Positions 18,069-26,583 of a stretch of 40,571 bases of DNA are shown piece by piece. The first letter of the stretch is position 1, and each line of letters begins with the position of its first letter. The stretch lies in IMG/VR virus record IMGVR_UViG_3300002301_000034, positions 1-40,571 of that record. One strand, written 5' to 3'. Position numbers and translations under genes: made by a program. The notes under the pieces were generated by a model. It ran no database searches, was not told the origin of the DNA, and saw only the letters and a program-made list of their open reading frames with translations. This stretch comes from a virus (taxonomy: Duplodnaviria; Caudoviricetes).

Positions 18069-18854
18069 ATGACGATATTTTTTTTAATATTCTGTTGTAT
18101 TTGCGGCCTGCTGCTGGCTGTAATGACCATTCTGTACATTATAGAGGGCTGTTTACGCCTTCGGCATTGGTGGCAGATGCGCAAGGATAGGAAAGCAGCA
18201 ATTAAGGAGCCTATAAAGGATGTAATACCGGCAGAAAAACCGGTTTTGATAACCTCGCTGGAGGAACTTTCATTTTACAACTTCATCCTTTGTGCGGTAG
18301 GGGGTGAATATAACTTTTTAACGATTTCCGGCACTCCGACAAAAGATGACCTGTATTTGTGCTGGATGCGCCTCCTTAGCGACTATTACCAGCTCATAAA
18401 CTCAAAAGAAGCGGCGAATTACATCAAAAATGTAGCGAAAATAGAGGGGGTGAATATAAAAATTACACAGGTAGAGTTGCTATTAATAGCATTGCGTGTG
18501 AGTTATCAGCCAAGGCTTATCTCTTTGCTTCGGGATTGGGGGTATAACCTACCCTTCACCCAAGCCAGTTTGAGCGCTGATCTGGACCGTGTGGCCATCG
18601 AATTAGGCAACGACCGTGTAAAAAGGGAGAAATACCGGCTAGAATACGAGCGCCAGGAGAAAGCGAAGCAAAAAAACGGTGAAGGGGCTACAAAAGACAG
18701 CTTTATGCGTATGCTGTACGCTATCGAAGCGCACCGGAAAATGAACTACGATCCAAAGGAGATAAGCACTTACAAGGTGGTTATCCTGTACAACGAATTA
18801 GTTGAATATAACAATTTCTTAAAAGCAAAAAACAAGGGAAATGGCAGTAGATGA
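18069..18854 (+). CDS. Pre-tape-measure protein (possible tail chaperone) with N-terminal TM helix
   Basis: Overlaps the tape measure start. Residues 3-25 hydrophobic, followed by basic residues. Confidence 0.6.
   Translation: MTIFFLIFCCICGLLLAVMTILYIIEGCLRLRHWWQMRKDRKAAIKEPIKDVIPAEKPVLITSLEELSFYNFILCAVGGEYNFLTISGTPTKDDLYLCWMRLLSDYYQLINSKEAANYIKNVAKIEGVNIKITQVELLLIALRVSYQPRLISLLRDWGYNLPFTQASLSADLDRVAIELGNDRVKREKYRLEYERQEKAKQKNGEGATKDSFMRMLYAIEAHRKMNYDPKEISTYKVVILYNELVEYNNFLKAKNKGNGSR
18299..18319 (+). repeat. Perfect intragenic copy of the 21-bp late box
   Basis: AGGGGGTGAATATAACTTTTT; no -7 element at the standard spacing. Confidence 0.7.
18445..18494 (+). promoter_or_regulatory. Possible internal late promoter for tape measure and tail tip
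   Basis: AGGGGGTGAATATAA 18445-18459; TAGCATTG 18487-18494 at the standard spacing. Confidence 0.45.
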
Positions 18855-21800
18855 TCAATTAGACCAATTCGTCAGCCCGGCGGCCTTCCAGCAGTGGGAA
18901 AGGCTGCATAAGGAGGCTGCACAATTCGTTGATGAAATGGAAGAGGTTGGAGCCGCTGCACGTAACGCATTCTCTGACTTTGGTGCTATAAAGAACCTGA
19001 CACAGCTTATAGATGTGACCAGCCGGGCATCTATTTCCAACAAGAACATGGCTAACAGTGTCACGAGTCTTAAAAAGACCTTCGATGACATTGATATCAG
19101 CATGTTGGAGTTTACGGACGGAACTGATGCGGCTCGTGAAGCTCTGGACGCTAATGCCAAAGGGTATGTGGCTGCAAAACAGCAAGTAGAAAAGTATAAG
19201 GAAGCTATCAAGACTGCGGATGCAGCCTTAAAGGCAAAGAAGATTACAGAAGATCAGCACTTCGAGGCCGTTACGAATGCTACCGATGCTATGGCCTCCG
19301 CTCGCGCAGAAATGAAGCTATACGCCGATGCGCAGACTGCTGCGGCGAAGGCGCGCGCGCTTGAAAGTGCAGAATTTCAGAATGTTTCACTTGAAATGCA
19401 GCAGAACAGGCAGGAACTCATAGCTAGCAACCTTGAGCAAAAGAGACTTGCGCAAGGTATTGGAACAACCGCCGACAGTATTAAAGAAGCAGAAGTTAAG
19501 ACGGCTTTATGGCGGGAGGAGTTGAAGGCGCTGAATTTGGAAACAGACGAAGGCATAGCACGCCAAAAAGAGCTCATTGCACTGATTGATGAGCGCACAG
19601 CATTCATAAAAACTAATGTGGATGCAAGTGCCGCACAAGGGCTAAATATCGGAAACTACTCCAGCGCTGCCGGGGATATTGACTTCTTGACCGCTCGTTT
19701 GGAACAGTTAAAGCAGGAGGGGAAAGAAACCACACAAGAGTTCTTTGATTTAGAAGCTCAAATAAAGCGAGTGGAGGCTGCTACGTCTGGATTAGGTGCA
19801 AGTGCCGGAGGTTCTGGAGCTGCATTTACATCAACCTCGCAGCAATTATCGGCACTAAAAGTGAATATGCAAGGCCTAGTTATTGCCGGCAAAGAAGACA
19901 CGGCAGAGTTTCGGGAAATGCAGGCCGAGGCGCTCCGGCTGAGCGCTGCAATGGAAAAGGTCAGCGTGGCAGTAAAGGAGGTTTCGTCTGTAGGTGATCG
20001 CTTTACCGCTATTGCTGAAAAGATGGGGCTACGTATGTTGGCGAACCTTGTTATCTTCCAAGCCCTAAGCACGATTGCACAAGATCTCTGGACCGAATGG
20101 ACAAAAGACGCAAAATCTGCTGAAGAATTGACAAAGAGCTTTAAACAGCTTGATGATAGTGCTGCCTCTAGTGCTGCAAAGGAATATTCACAAGCTCAGG
20201 TGTTGCTTTCCATAGCAAGAGACCTGAAAGAGCCATATGACATAAGGTTGAAGGCAGTAAAGGACTTGCAAGACAAGTATCCTGATTACCTGGGAAACCT
20301 ATCTAAAGAAGCGATATTGACCGGCAATGTAGCTGAAGCAATGGAGCGCCTGAATGCTGCGCTGCTGAATAAAGCACTTACTGAAGCTGCTGAAGGAAAA
20401 GTCAGCGAACTTGCAAAAAAGTACATTGACCTTCAGGATGAAATACAGAAGACAACACTACGCATACAGGGTCTTCAGAGAATTGAGGACAATACTGTTG
20501 CAGTGCCTTCCGGTACCGGTAGGTTTGCACCTACTAAGAATTCTTTCACGGCCAATCAGCTTAGCGCCGCAGAAGCAGAGCTCAACCGGCTAAAAAAACA
20601 AGGTGATGACTTGAAAGCCCAGATGCTAAAGTATCAGCAGGAGGCAAATGATTTCGCTAGTAAAGCGGCTCCATTGATTGTTGATGATGGCAAGAACACG
20701 AAAACTAAAGACACTACAAATAAAGATACCTCTGCCATGTACCAGGCACAGAAGGCGCTCAATGACGCCATTGCAGAGTTAGCAAAACAGCGTTATAAGC
20801 AAGACGCAGACGACCAGAAGGAGATATTCGATAATGAAAAGGAGTATTTAGGCAAACGGCTGGACGCTTACAAGCAATACCAGGCTGATATGACCGCTAT
20901 CGCCGTTATTGAGAATGGGCGGCAGCTTGCAGACCTCAACGCTAAGCAAAAGGAAATACAGGACCGGGAGAAGGCGTATAACGATGGCAAGCAGAAGCTC
21001 ACTACCGTCCAGTACCAGGCACTTCTCACTGAAGACAAAGCATACGACCTTAAAATACAGGCCGCTGAAGAAGATCTGCAAAATAAGGTAGCCCTTATCA
21101 ATCTTACTGGCACAAAGCAACTTGCAGCTATAAGAAAGAGCGCCGGAGAGGAATTTATACGTACCGAAAATGACGGACTGCAGTCGCGTATAAAGGATTT
21201 TGAAGACCAGTACGACAAGGAAAAAGAACTTATTGATAAAAATTATACCAGTCAACTTATTGATGAGGAAGAGTATCAGAAAAAGATAAAGGCGCTCCGA
21301 AACCAGTACGATATCATTGAGCTAAACGAAAAAATAGCTGAATACAAATACGAACTGACCAACGAGCAGCTGACGGATCAGGAGCGTATCAAAATAGAAA
21401 CCGAATTAAATACAGCCTTAAAAGCACTACGAGATAAAAACCTAACCGAAGAGATCTCGGCAGCAACGAAAGTGGCTGAAGCAAAGAAACAGTTAAAGGA
21501 TGAAGAGCTACAAGCGATTAGTCAGGGCATTCAGTTCGCACAGTCTTTAACGGATTCATACTACGAGCGGCAGCTCCAGCAGCAGCAAAAATTACTGGAC
21601 AACATAGATATCCAAAAGCAGGCCAAACTCGATGCCATTAATTCTGAAATGGAAAGCAACGAGCAGAAAGCCATTGACACAAAGGCATTAGACGCGCAAA
21701 CAGCACTACAGCAGAAGCAAATTCAGCAGGACATGAACCGTATTAAGCGGAATCAAGCAATAGCTGATCGCACAGCCTCTCTGCTGACCATTGGCGAAAA

Positions 21801-22338
21801 TATTGCTAAGGGTGAAACCGCAACTCTTCCATTTCTTGCCGACCCGGCAACTGCTCCGTATGCCATTACTACAGAGATATTGATTGCAGCCATCGGCGCG
21901 GCTCAAATAGCTGAAATACTAGCCAAGCCCCTACCCGCTTATGCCGAAGGTACAAAAGATCACGCTGGAGGCCGCGCATTGCTTGGTGATGCATTTAAGA
22001 GGGAATTGGTACAGGAGCCGGGAAAATCGCCGTATTGGTCTGCCAGCACACCTACAATCTACGATTTGCCTGCACATACGCGAGTTATACCGGAGCATGA
22101 GCTTATAGCGGGCAGTATGGGCTTTATGACACCTTCCTTGATGGAATCTATCAATATTACTCATCAGAACGACTATAGCCAACTGGAAAATGCAGTAAGG
22201 GAGACAGCTTCGCGAATGGAAGAGGCTATCAAGCAAATACCGCAAACAAAGATGGTAATGAGCAATGGAGAGTGGCAAAAATCAGTAAAAAAAGGAAATA
22301 GCTGGACTACTTACATCAATAGAAACTTCCACAACTAA
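18841..22338 (+). CDS. Tape measure protein
   Basis: 1165 aa, Ala/Glu/Lys/Gln-rich coiled coil; C-terminal AAIGAAQIAEILAKPLPAYAEGT...ALLGD...ELV. Confidence 0.9.
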   Translation: MAVDDQLDQFVSPAAFQQWERLHKEAAQFVDEMEEVGAAARNAFSDFGAIKNLTQLIDVTSRASISNKNMANSVTSLKKTFDDIDISMLEFTDGTDAAREALDANAKGYVAAKQQVEKYKEAIKTADAALKAKKITEDQHFEAVTNATDAMASARAEMKLYADAQTAAAKARALESAEFQNVSLEMQQNRQELIASNLEQKRLAQGIGTTADSIKEAEVKTALWREELKALNLETDEGIARQKELIALIDERTAFIKTNVDASAAQGLNIGNYSSAAGDIDFLTARLEQLKQEGKETTQEFFDLEAQIKRVEAATSGLGASAGGSGAAFTSTSQQLSALKVNMQGLVIAGKEDTAEFREMQAEALRLSAAMEKVSVAVKEVSSVGDRFTAIAEKMGLRMLANLVIFQALSTIAQDLWTEWTKDAKSAEELTKSFKQLDDSAASSAAKEYSQAQVLLSIARDLKEPYDIRLKAVKDLQDKYPDYLGNLSKEAILTGNVAEAMERLNAALLNKALTEAAEGKVSELAKKYIDLQDEIQKTTLRIQGLQRIEDNTVAVPSGTGRFAPTKNSFTANQLSAAEAELNRLKKQGDDLKAQMLKYQQEANDFASKAAPLIVDDGKNTKTKDTTNKDTSAMYQAQKALNDAIAELAKQRYKQDADDQKEIFDNEKEYLGKRLDAYKQYQADMTAIAVIENGRQLADLNAKQKEIQDREKAYNDGKQKLTTVQYQALLTEDKAYDLKIQAAEEDLQNKVALINLTGTKQLAAIRKSAGEEFIRTENDGLQSRIKDFEDQYDKEKELIDKNYTSQLIDEEEYQKKIKALRNQYDIIELNEKIAEYKYELTNEQLTDQERIKIETELNTALKALRDKNLTEEISAATKVAEAKKQLKDEELQAISQGIQFAQSLTDSYYERQLQQQQKLLDNIDIQKQAKLDAINSEMESNEQKAIDTKALDAQTALQQKQIQQDMNRIKRNQAIADRTASLLTIGENIAKGETATLPFLADPATAPYAITTEILIAAIGAAQIAEILAKPLPAYAEGTKDHAGGRALLGDAFKRELVQEPGKSPYWSASTPTIYDLPAHTRVIPEHELIAGSMGFMTPSLMESINITHQNDYSQLENAVRETASRMEEAIKQIPQTKMVMSNGEWQKSVKKGNSWTTYINRNFHN

Positions 22339-24620
22339 TGCCAAAAGATATATTTCAATTCAGAATAACAAACGGAGTTTCTTACTTGTATGTAAGCGAT
22401 ACTATCCTTGGCGTGCCGGTGGTGTCTCCTTCAGCAGATCCTGTCAATCTTTCTCAGTCAGTAGTTGACTGGGACAAGCTGCAGCTCCAGTATAAGCGCG
22501 ATAAGAAATACCATGGAGTATTCAGGAAGTACGGGCCGGACAAAGTAAGGTTTTCTAATGATGGGGCCGCTATACTCCGGTATCTTGCCAACACGCAGGG
22601 TGTAGAGGCTAAAGGTTTTCTGGAGGTGATGAAGCTGAATAGCACAGATCAGCAATATTACAGCCTCGGTCAGTGGGCGATGGATTTCAGCACGCCATAC
22701 AGCAGCCAGCAGCTCTATGCTGATATCGGCCTAATGGATGGAGGTCTGTCCGCGTTACTTGCCGCCTACGAAAGTGCTTCGGTTAATATAGACCTGCTGG
22801 ACCCTGCTACGAACGCTGGATATGAAACGGTATGGCTTGACGGCATAATCATAGAGGGCAGTTACGACTATCAAACCCAGCTGTCGGCGACTACGCTAAT
22901 GACAATATACGGCAACGGCCATATGGACGCGGGTGCATCACTTGGCATAGCTTACGTAAATCAGGAAGGTGAATACGGTGTCGGAGCGCCAACATCTTCA
23001 TTAGCCGGCGTAGACGTACCGGGAGGAACTTTTACCGACGCCGCAATATTTCAGTCGGTGAGAGATACGACTATATATCTCTCTTTCCCGGGCATGCAGA
23101 TACAGTATGGCGCAATTCCGGGTAACAACCGGAACATGAAATTGTCTCTGGTCATTGGAGTATACAGTCAACCAGACTGGGACCCGTCTCACCTATTGGA
23201 CAGGGTTGTGGTGTGGAATAATCCTGAAGGCTGGTTAACTCCTGGGCAATCCAACGCCGGATTTCCATCTTTTTACGTTATTCCACCTATCACCTTCTCG
23301 GATGACTTTCCACCGAATACATACCTGAATCTGTTTTTTTACGCGCAACTTGAAACGGTGTGGGATGGCTTCACCAGCAATGCAATCAATATTCAATACA
23401 ATGACGTAGCATACCCTCTGCTGATAAAATACGCATTTAGAAACCCTCCTACCGGGTGTCGATCGGTTACCCAAGGCAAGCTGTTTGATCTGCTAACTAC
23501 TAAGATGACCGACAACGGGCTATACGGTGGGCCTTATGGAAGCAGTAGCGCATTGCTTAACACTCCCAGGGGCCTAGGCGATCCTGAAGCGTACGACCTT
23601 GACCCAACGCAAACTTATATGACGTGCGGTGATGCGATTCGCGGTTTGTTTGGAGTTGGACTCGGATATTTGGAAAATCCTTCTATAAATATTTCGATGG
23701 ATGACTTTTTCAAAGATGGCTTTAGTGGTTTATGTGGCGGACTCGGAATAGAGAAAGACCTCACCGGCCGAGATCAACTTGTTTTTGAACACCTATCGCA
23801 CTTTTACCAGGCTGATGTACTTATCGCAAATTTGGGGAGCGAAATTAGCGATTTTGCAATGACGCCCTACGTTGATCAGATGGGCAACATAATCAATATC
23901 GGATATACAGACCAGACGTACGACAGTGTAAATGGGAAATACGTATTCAACAGGCAAGTGCAGTTCAAGACGCCTGTAGTTAGAATACAGAACACGCTGG
24001 ACTATGTAAGCCCTATTCAGTGTGATCCGTATGTTGTTGAGTTTGAAAGGGCAAATCTGGACAGCAAAACGACTACTGATGCGCTGAATGACAACACAAC
24101 ATTCAAGCTGCAGTCCGATGGAACGACGGTAGATGACACCTATAATCTGCTTCGCGGGTTTACAATTGATGGCGGTGTTCCGCCTGAGGTTGTGGACAGC
24201 GTTTTCAATATTTCCTTCAGCCCTATGCGCAATTTACTGCGCCTGATGCCATTCCTAAAAGCTAACTACTCCGGCCTTGTGGACTCGTTGATACAGTTTG
24301 TCAACAGTCTGCAGGTAATATATCTCGGTAGCTCCCTAGCATCTGGCGATATATCAGAAGATCAGGCTGATACTGACCTAAATGCTTTCCCGGACATAGA
24401 CCCATTGTATAAACCGTGGGTATTCAGCTTTACATGCAAAGTACCGGTAGATCTCGATACTATTATGGCCACTAATCCTTATGGAGTATTCGGATTCACC
24501 TACCTCGGATATTACTTCGAGGCGCACGTCCTGGAAGTGGGACTCACTCCGGGAACCGATGATACATACAACTACAAACTTCTTTGTTCAAAAAATACCA
24601 CAATCCCAACTAACATATGA
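22338..24620 (+). CDS. Tail tip/hub protein
   Basis: Directly after the tape measure; acidic and beta-rich; WDKLQLQYKRDKKYHGVFR and FNISFSPMRNL patterns. Confidence 0.7.
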   Translation: MPKDIFQFRITNGVSYLYVSDTILGVPVVSPSADPVNLSQSVVDWDKLQLQYKRDKKYHGVFRKYGPDKVRFSNDGAAILRYLANTQGVEAKGFLEVMKLNSTDQQYYSLGQWAMDFSTPYSSQQLYADIGLMDGGLSALLAAYESASVNIDLLDPATNAGYETVWLDGIIIEGSYDYQTQLSATTLMTIYGNGHMDAGASLGIAYVNQEGEYGVGAPTSSLAGVDVPGGTFTDAAIFQSVRDTTIYLSFPGMQIQYGAIPGNNRNMKLSLVIGVYSQPDWDPSHLLDRVVVWNNPEGWLTPGQSNAGFPSFYVIPPITFSDDFPPNTYLNLFFYAQLETVWDGFTSNAINIQYNDVAYPLLIKYAFRNPPTGCRSVTQGKLFDLLTTKMTDNGLYGGPYGSSSALLNTPRGLGDPEAYDLDPTQTYMTCGDAIRGLFGVGLGYLENPSINISMDDFFKDGFSGLCGGLGIEKDLTGRDQLVFEHLSHFYQADVLIANLGSEISDFAMTPYVDQMGNIINIGYTDQTYDSVNGKYVFNRQVQFKTPVVRIQNTLDYVSPIQCDPYVVEFERANLDSKTTTDALNDNTTFKLQSDGTTVDDTYNLLRGFTIDGGVPPEVVDSVFNISFSPMRNLLRLMPFLKANYSGLVDSLIQFVNSLQVIYLGSSLASGDISEDQADTDLNAFPDIDPLYKPWVFSFTCKVPVDLDTIMATNPYGVFGFTYLGYYFEAHVLEVGLTPGTDDTYNYKLLCSKNTTIPTNI

Positions 24621-26524
24621 GCTTCATAAACAAGGCAACGCGCATTCCTCCATTAAATCCGGTACGTTTTACTCCAGCAAATGATATTCTGCCAGCTGAA
24701 TACAACACATATCCATTTGATCGCGGATTCTTTTACCAGTCCATCAGGGAGTATCAGAATGACCTGAACATGGACTACCAGCAGAAATTCACTAATACGG
24801 ATCGCATAGTTGTTTATTTCGACACTCTGGCACCAGCGGCGCTCATTACGGTGCTGGACAGCAACGGAAATCCCGTTCCCGGCGCAGTGCTGAACTTACC
24901 CACTCCGTCTTATGTATTGCCAGGGAACACCTATACCCTGCCGGGAACGACCGACGAGCTGCAGTACAATACTTTTATGACCAGCACCCGCGCCACGGAC
25001 ATAGGCATTGATGACGGAATATACTATCTGCTCATGGAGATGATATATGTCACCGAGGGTGATTCAGATAGTGTTTATTACATCAGCGAGTCTATTTTCA
25101 TCAGGTCCACAGGCTGGCCCGGCACTATGTTGGTTGAAGCAACTAATACGACTAATGACTATGATGTGCTGTTTGAACAGCTATTTCCTGTATTCAAATC
25201 TCGCGTAGAGTGCGACATCACTAACTATGCTCCATTCTTTCACGATACAGTGTTTGAGGATATGTCGTATGAGTTGCGCAAGCTGCAGTCTGTCCCGTAC
25301 CGAAATTTCACATGGATTGTTGGTGGTGCAGCTGGCGTAGCTGACTATATGATTGATAAAATGAATAGGTATGCAAGCTGCGATACATTACGCATCGATG
25401 GCACTCAGTACGTAAAGGAGATAAGCGCTACTTACAGCATGAACACGACCGCAAACTATCCTTTCAAGGCATCCAGCATACTGCTCAGGGAGTTTGATCA
25501 CGATGGTGGCTGGATTTACGGCGGCGGCGGATTTACTTTACTTGTAGAGTTTGAATTGCAGGGTGGCTCCATCATATTCCCGCTGGCCATAAACAGAATC
25601 GGCATGCATGACGGAGTTGCCACACCCACATACAACGTGCCGACTGTTATCGCAGACTCTGCCGCCCTGACCGCATACCTTGCTACTCTGAATGGTACAT
25701 TCTCTGACGACAATGACTTGGGAGGCACGTTTACACTGACGGCTGACGGCTTTGGCATTGGTTACCAGAACGGGGTCAATGAGAACTATAACGGCATAAC
25801 CGGTATGTATTCCTGGTCTTCATTTATTGACTTGACGCTATCAACAACAGGCGCGTCTCCGCATCAATATTATGAATTCTACTTTGCCGGTGGTCCGAGT
25901 GCGCGGCAGGGAGCCTGCATTGTTGACTGGGGTCAAGGTACTGTAACGAATTATACTTCCAATTACTACGGCGCACTCTATACGGCCGGGATAAATTACC
26001 CTGGAAGTGTGGCCGCAAACTACAACCTGAGAATATTTCACGCAGGTGTAGCGCCAGGGCCTCATACTGGCATACAGCAGTTAAAATTTTCGTTCGTTTC
26101 TCCTCTGGCTACTATCACCGCTATCGGTGCGAGCAAGGCACCCACCGGCCTGATCCGGTGGGAAATGGACGGACAAAACCTTAGTGGCGGCAATGTGGAT
26201 GCCTCATTTCTGAAGTATTGCTCCACTACGCTGCAATTCCTGATATTCGCCAGTTGCCAGATAACGGCATTCTATCCGCTGCTATTCAATTATGCCGGGG
26301 TGCACTTCACCAGTCTATACCTTGGCGGCATCAGTGTATATAACAACGCATTGAACGTAACACAGATAAATAGCATAGTCAGTTTCTTTGAGCTTAACTG
26401 CACATACGGCGCAGGCGGTCTTTTCTGGCTCAATGAAACACCGGCGGCAGCACCAACCGGATCAGATCTGGCATTCCTGAATACACTTGTAAGCGCATAC
26501 GCCTGGATCGTATTGCATGACTAA
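24617..26524 (+). CDS. Tail tip/baseplate protein with PKD-like and LRR-like C-terminus
   Basis: LNPVRF N-terminus, IVDWGQG, LQFLIFASCQIT, YNNALNVTQINSIV. Confidence 0.65.
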   Translation: MSFINKATRIPPLNPVRFTPANDILPAEYNTYPFDRGFFYQSIREYQNDLNMDYQQKFTNTDRIVVYFDTLAPAALITVLDSNGNPVPGAVLNLPTPSYVLPGNTYTLPGTTDELQYNTFMTSTRATDIGIDDGIYYLLMEMIYVTEGDSDSVYYISESIFIRSTGWPGTMLVEATNTTNDYDVLFEQLFPVFKSRVECDITNYAPFFHDTVFEDMSYELRKLQSVPYRNFTWIVGGAAGVADYMIDKMNRYASCDTLRIDGTQYVKEISATYSMNTTANYPFKASSILLREFDHDGGWIYGGGGFTLLVEFELQGGSIIFPLAINRIGMHDGVATPTYNVPTVIADSAALTAYLATLNGTFSDDNDLGGTFTLTADGFGIGYQNGVNENYNGITGMYSWSSFIDLTLSTTGASPHQYYEFYFAGGPSARQGACIVDWGQGTVTNYTSNYYGALYTAGINYPGSVAANYNLRIFHAGVAPGPHTGIQQLKFSFVSPLATITAIGASKAPTGLIRWEMDGQNLSGGNVDASFLKYCSTTLQFLIFASCQITAFYPLLFNYAGVHFTSLYLGGISVYNNALNVTQINSIVSFFELNCTYGAGGLFWLNETPAAAPTGSDLAFLNTLVSAYAWIVLHD

Positions 26525-26528
26525 GGTG

Positions 26529-26578
26529 AGGGGGTGAATATAACTTTTTCGCTTACCGGGGTGCAGCAAATAATTTTG
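26529..26578 (+). promoter_or_regulatory. Putative late promoter P4 (fibre-lysis operon)
   Basis: AGGGGGTGAATATAACTTTTT 26529-26549, 21 nt spacer, TAATTTTG 26571-26578, ATG at 26584. Confidence 0.75.
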
Positions 26579-26583
26579 ATTAA

